A stretch of DNA of 64,000 nt from the human T2T-CHM13v2.0 reference genome, Homo sapiens. Under the pieces are notes generated by a model. It made no database searches. It was not told where the DNA came from and saw only the letters and a program-made list of their open reading frames with translations. Position 1 is the stretch's first letter, and the number at the start of each line of letters is the position of its first letter. Location: NCBI RefSeq assembly GCF_009914755.1, contig NC_060927.1, one strand, 5' to 3'. This document shows, in pieces, positions 58,526-64,000 of this stretch. The position numbers and the translations under genes were made by a program.

Positions 58526-58803
58526 ACCTGTAATCCCAGCACTTTGGGAGGCCAAGGCAAGTCGACCACTTGAGCCCAGGAGGTCGAGACAAGCCTGGAC
58601 AACACGGCAAACCACAACTCTACAAAAAAACACAAAAATTAACTGGGAATGGTGGTGCATGCCTGTGGTCTCAGCCACTCAAGGGGCTGAGGCAGGAGGA
58701 TTGCTTGAGTCCAGAAGGCAGAGGTTGTAGTGAGCAGAGATGGCACCTCTGCACTCCAGCCTGAGCGACAGAGCCAGACCCTCTCTCAAAAACAAAAACA
58801 AAA
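58526..58803 (+). mobile_element. AluJ (slightly 5'-truncated)
   Basis: acctgtaatcccagcactttgggaggcc...cttgagcccaggagg...ggaggattgcttgag J diagnostics. Confidence 0.92.
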
Positions 58804-59544
58804 ACCCACAACTCGCAACCACACAGTGGTTAAATGTGCAGATTTGAATCTCAGTTCTGTCACCCACTGTGCCTTAGTTTCCTCAGCAGCACCTGATAAT
58901 CTTAGTTGTGGTGAATTAAATCAACAATTCATGGAGAGCTCTTAGAACTGTGCTTGGCACCTGATAAGCATCTAATTAAGTTTTAGCTACTTCTTAGCAC
59001 AATGCTTACATTATAAGAAGTACATAATACATACACAAGTCCTCCACCTAGATATTCCAGTTCCCTGACTCACCAGCTTCCTTACCGATAAAACAACAAC
59101 AGTACCACCCTGGGCAAGGCTGCTTTGAAACTTTGATGAGGCAAGAAATGAGAAGTCTCCTGGTCAGTGCTTGGTGCATGACAAGGATGAAATAAACATT
59201 AGCTTCCTTTCCTTTTTATTGATGCAACAGTTGGGAGACCATTCTTCATGTCTCTCACAGTTTTGCACATCTTGCAAGCAGAGGCACTGACTGCCTTTGT
59301 TCCCGACTATCTTTTCAAGAAGATTTGCATAGCAAACAGCCTTCAAAGAGAGAGTTTCCCTCAGGATGGAGCAAAGTGCAGGCACACTTACTGTTCATTA
59401 CAGAGCTCTCAAGTTCCCTAGGCTCAGGAATTCTCTCCACTGTGTGTGCAGGTATCACCTGGCTCTCTTGGTGTCAACCTGTGGGGGTTGGAGCTCAAAG
59501 AACCAGTACAGGAAAATGATGATGTTCTGATTACTGTTACTGTT

Positions 59545-59665
59545 GTGAATCATAAAGTCCCTTATCTCTACCCCATGAGTCTCATCTTCTGCCAGCAGGT
59601 ATGAAACTGTGGCAGGTTAACTCCTTAACTTGAAAGTATATGAAATCTAAGACCCTTCACAGCTA
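59545..59665 (+). mobile_element. MER34/MER39-like ERV1 LTR 3' end
   Basis: ataaagtc...gagtctca.tcttctgccagca..tatgaaactgtggcagg.taact...agacccttcacag. Confidence 0.6.
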
Positions 59666-60708
59666 TTAGCAAAAGCCTATAGAAAAGATAGTGGCAAAAT
59701 AAACTCCTTTCCCATAGTCTTTATCTTAAAATGTCATCTACCCCTTCACATCCTAGCAACGTTTAGCTGACTTTTTAAAATTTTTAAGTAAAGAATGTTT
59801 CCTTATTTTCTTATTATTCCTGTTGATTTTCATCTTCTGGATTGTAATTCAAATTTCTGTTCATTTGAGATATTTCTAAGCCTCCTTTTTTTTTTTTTTT
59901 TTTTTTGCAGGGGGCATTCTTTTGAAGACTCCTCTTTTTAAGTTCCTTTGTCTGAGATGCACAGACCATCATCTCTCCTTACATCCCATTCATTCCTCCC
60001 ACCAAAACAGGTGCACCACCCTCCTTCTAAATCTAGTCTCTTAACTGTAGCATCAGACACCAGGTCTGTACTGAATAAAACTTACGGAGAGCTTCTAACT
60101 TCATTCAATTTGTTGGCAAGAGAACTGAAAGTTCTACCAGCATCCTAGGGTGCTCTTCTCCTCTCCCTTCATCCTTCACTGAGAGCACAGAGCAGGGCTC
60201 TCATGCTAACAACCCTGCCTGTAAAAGGTGGGGATGCATGACCTGAGGGTGTGACTCAGGCAAAGGCCAGCAGGACACCAGCTGTTGTAGTTGGGCAGAA
60301 CAGGTAAGAACAGAAATCTGAGAAATCTGGCCTAGAACAGCTGACTAACCCACATCAAGCCAGGATCTAAGAACATGGTTGTATGAATGGGAGCAGGGAA
60401 GTACAGATACTGCCAGACTCACCTCAGGCACTAAGAAAAGGAGGGAACACAGTTAAGGATAAGGTTATGGAAATGCCTAATATAATTTCTACTCACCTCA
60501 GGCAGCTAAGTGGAAAGCTGGTAGATACAGAAGCAGTCATGGCTCCACGTCTTTTTCAGATACCCTAAATTAATGGGACATGATCTTCACTCCTGCCTCC
60601 TACCACTACTTCCACTGCCACTCATTTTTAGATCGAGGATTTGTGTGCATGATAAAGTCTAGCTTGCAGATACCCATGGACTATTCAGCTAAGCTACCAG
60701 TGATTGAT

Positions 60709-60820
60709 TTCCTTCCTTCCTTCCTTCCTTCCTTCCTTCCTTCCTTCCCTCCTTCCTTCCTTCCTTCCCTCCTTCCTTCCTTCCTTCCTTCCCTCCTTCC
60801 TTCCTTCCTTCCTTCTTTCC
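60709..60820 (+). repeat. (TTCC)n / (GGAA)n microsatellite in Alu tail
   Basis: Blocks of 10, 4, 5, 4 and 1 TTCC units separated by CTCC/TTCT. Confidence 0.96.
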
Positions 60821-61133
<313 letters not shown>

Positions 61134-61960
61134 GAGCTAACAGTGATTTTCAAAGTTTTCTCTCTTGCTTTCTATAATTACCCTCCCTCCCCACTACAAA
61201 ATTGGTATATCTAAGTCTCAGCAACTGGTATGAAATTATAACTAATGATTCTTTTAAAAATAAATAAAAAATTAAAAAGCCAACAAAACTCTTGAACTAT
61301 CATGCTTTGCTATTATTCATCTTTTTTTATATTTTGGGTTTTATTTTTAGATTTTACTGTCTAAAGATCTCTTATAATATATTTTAAGCAGGGCAGGGTA
61401 TCCCAAGATCTCAACATCTGGTCATAAGTTACTTGCAGAGCTGTAGCATAGTTTTCTTTCTTTTGAAAAATAATTAGTCTGTGATGGCTTTAATGGATAG
61501 CAAATGAATAAAAACAACTTTTATCTTAACATAGTTTTAGCAGTAAGAATGAATTTTATCAGGCCCCATGATCAGGGATTATCTGGAAACATTTAGTAAT
61601 AAGTTCCAAGAAAAACTCCAGGGGATGAACCCTTGATCTGCAGGCCTCCTACCAGCTTAAACTTTACAGGGCTAGGGGTCCACCTTCATCCCGCACCCAG
61701 GGTCTCCTTTGTGTTGTAGGGGCTCAACTGCTGGTCCTGCCTCCCCCAAGATGGCTTTCCATTTTGTCAAAGTGTTCACAAGTGCCCCAACCAGAAATTA
61801 CTCTTATGCTTTCCTATGATACTATGGGTCGTCTGCTTTCATTATGTTTATGTAAGAGACAGGACAAGATCCAAACCTCATCGCAATCTCCCAATTGCCA
61901 GAAAACCCAACCCTTTACCTATATAGATTAACTTCCAGTTTGTCCAACCCTGTAGGGGGT

Positions 61961-62348
61961 TGCTGTGGTTTGAATGTGTCCCCCAGAATTCATGTTTTGG
62001 AAACTTGACTCCCACTGCAACGGTTTTGAGAGGTGGGACCTTTAAGAGGTGATTAAGTAATGAAGGCTTTGTTCTCATTAATAGATTCATGTTATTTCAG
62101 GAATGGGTTCATTATTGTAGGAGTGGGTTTCTTATTTAAAAAAAAGTCCAACCCTCCTCTTGCTCTCTTATTCTCTCTTGTCCTTCTACCTTCCACCGTG
62201 GGATGACACAGCAAGAAGGCCCTGGCAAGAAGCCAGCCCTTGAACTTGGACTTCCCAGCCTCCAGAACTGTAAGAAATAAGTCTCTATTCTTTATAAATT
62301 ACCTGGTTTGTGATATTCTTTTACAGCAGCATAAAATAGGCTAAGACA
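61961..62348 (+). mobile_element. MaLR solo LTR (MSTB-like)
   Basis: tgctgtggtttgaatgtgtcccc...gaggtgggacctttaagaggtgatta...cttcccagcctccagaactgtaagaaataa...ctaagaca; flanked by GGGT on both sides. Confidence 0.92.
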
Positions 62349-63199
62349 GGGTCTTCAGGCTATTCCAACACAGATACTGCCTCTAGTCAAAAATGGCCAG
62401 ACCCTCAGGCCTGGGTACTCCTCATCAATACAGAGAAATGAAACCTGGTCAAGAGAAGAGGCCACTGCTGTCCCAAAGCGCAGCCCATAGAATTACTCCC
62501 CAGACACAGGTACCATCTGGATTATCCAGTCTTTGTAAGAACCTGAACTGGTAGTTCTGTGTAAGAAACCTTCAAGGGAAGCCATGAGGGACTCCTCCAT
62601 CCTTCTTCATCTGCAGCAGGGGGTCATGTGTACTTTACAGAGTATGGTAAAGAATCCCACTGCTGCATCAATCAGTGGGCAAAGAGCCCATCATGACCCA
62701 TCAGTGTCCCTGCTTCCTCAGGTTGAAGTTCTATGACCACGTTTGTGGGGCTGACAGTTTCTGAAGTTAAGAATCTGACACATTTGTGCATCTGTCCTAC
62801 TTCTTCCATCTGTCTTCTCCTCTGCCACCCAACCCTTCTACTCAGAGTTGGGATATCAGTAGCCTCTTCTGCCTAGGAAGGGACTAGTCCTGGACTTCCT
62901 TGTCATCACTGTCCCCACACCCACCCAATACACAACTCCAAAAGTAGCTCCTCAGGAAACGTCACTTCAGGCCTCAACCTCACACTGCAGAGCTTTTGGA
63001 GTGAGGCAGTTAAGGGACAGCTTTAAGTGGCTCTAAGTGCAAACAGAAGAAAGAAATCATCCCTGGCTTCAATGAGGTTCCAGTTTAATGGGGGAAGATG
63101 AGGTCCACGAACACATATGAAAGCAGGAAATCACCAAGAGAGCATCATTCCTTGTGTGATAATGGGTTTAAACACCTCGTGGCTGCACTAACACATTAA

Positions 63200-64000
63200 C
63201 ATAGTTAATCACCACCCCTGCTTCTTGACAGACTTTCTTCCCTTGGTTTCTGGAATGCCATGCTCTCCTGTTTTTCTTCCTACTTCCTTTTCCCCGTCTC
63301 TAAATGACTGGCATGCTCACTCCTGAGGTGATCAAATCCAGTCCTGTGGTTTTATACACCATCCAGAAGCTGGTGATCTCCACACACATTTCTTATCCCA
63401 CCCTCTCCACTGACCTCCAGAATTTGACATCTCACTGTCTACTCCAGATCTCGACTGGCTTATCTAACAAGACATACAGGACCTCTCCATTTCCTCCAGC
63501 TAAATGTGCTCTTCTCACAGCATTTCCCATCCAGGCAAAAGGCTCCACTGTCCACCCAAGTGCTCAGGCCCAGAATTCATCCCTCACTCCTCTCCCTCCA
63601 CTTCCAATCCATAAGCAGCTCTGACTGGTTCTAACTTTAATCTTATCACTCCCCTCCACCTCCACTGCCACCAGCCATCCAAGGCACCATTGTCATGCTT
63701 TTAGACCACTGTAGCAGTCTCCTATGTGCCTCCCTAATTCCACTCTCACTTCCCTACAGTTAGCTCCCTCACACAGTCAGATTGCGGTGCTCCCCACTTA
63801 ACACCCTCCAATGGCTGCCCACTACACACAGAATAAAACCCAAACCCCTTACCATGGCCTACACGGCCCTGCATCACCCAGCTCTGGCTCACTGCCCCAA
63901 ACTCATCTCCTATTAAGCTCTGCCCTCCCACTCTTACACTCACTGGCCTGCTTTGCTGTTCCTCCAACCACACCAAGTTCACTCCTGACTCAGGGCCTTT
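63200..64000 (+). mobile_element. L2 fragment (runs off window end)
   Basis: cttcccttggtttc...ctctcctg.ttttcttcctac, cactgccacca...caccat, cacacagaataaaacccaaa.cccttacc.tggcctaca.ggccctgca, tcagggccttt. Confidence 0.82.

Overview
Human (or very closely related great-ape) genomic DNA, almost entirely intronic. The only coding sequence I can support is one minus-strand exon (33779-33946; CDS 33779-33943) encoding MGDVKLVASSHISKTSLSVDPSRVDSMPLTEAPAFILPPRNLCIKEGATAKFEGR. This is the first coding exon of the long (non-muscle) myosin light chain kinase gene MYLK. It is flanked by more than 30 kb of intron on each side, filled with Alu, L1, L2, L3, MIR, MaLR/ERV LTR and DNA-transposon relics. A retroposed H/ACA snoRNA copy (SNORA5A-like, with A-rich tail and target-site duplication) lies at 54175-54305, antisense to MYLK. 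I found no evidence of a new multi-gene system. The best second-look items are the snoRNA retrocopy, a CpG-enriched candidate alternative promoter/first exon near 39.9-40.2 kb, a dense NF-kB/ETS/TEAD/RUNX motif cluster near 56.9 kb, a duplicated micro-exon-like splice cassette near 60.4 kb, a GGAA microsatellite and a 31-bp TSD-flanked micro-insertion. Repeat subfamily names come from remembered consensus sequences, and old-repeat boundaries are approximate.
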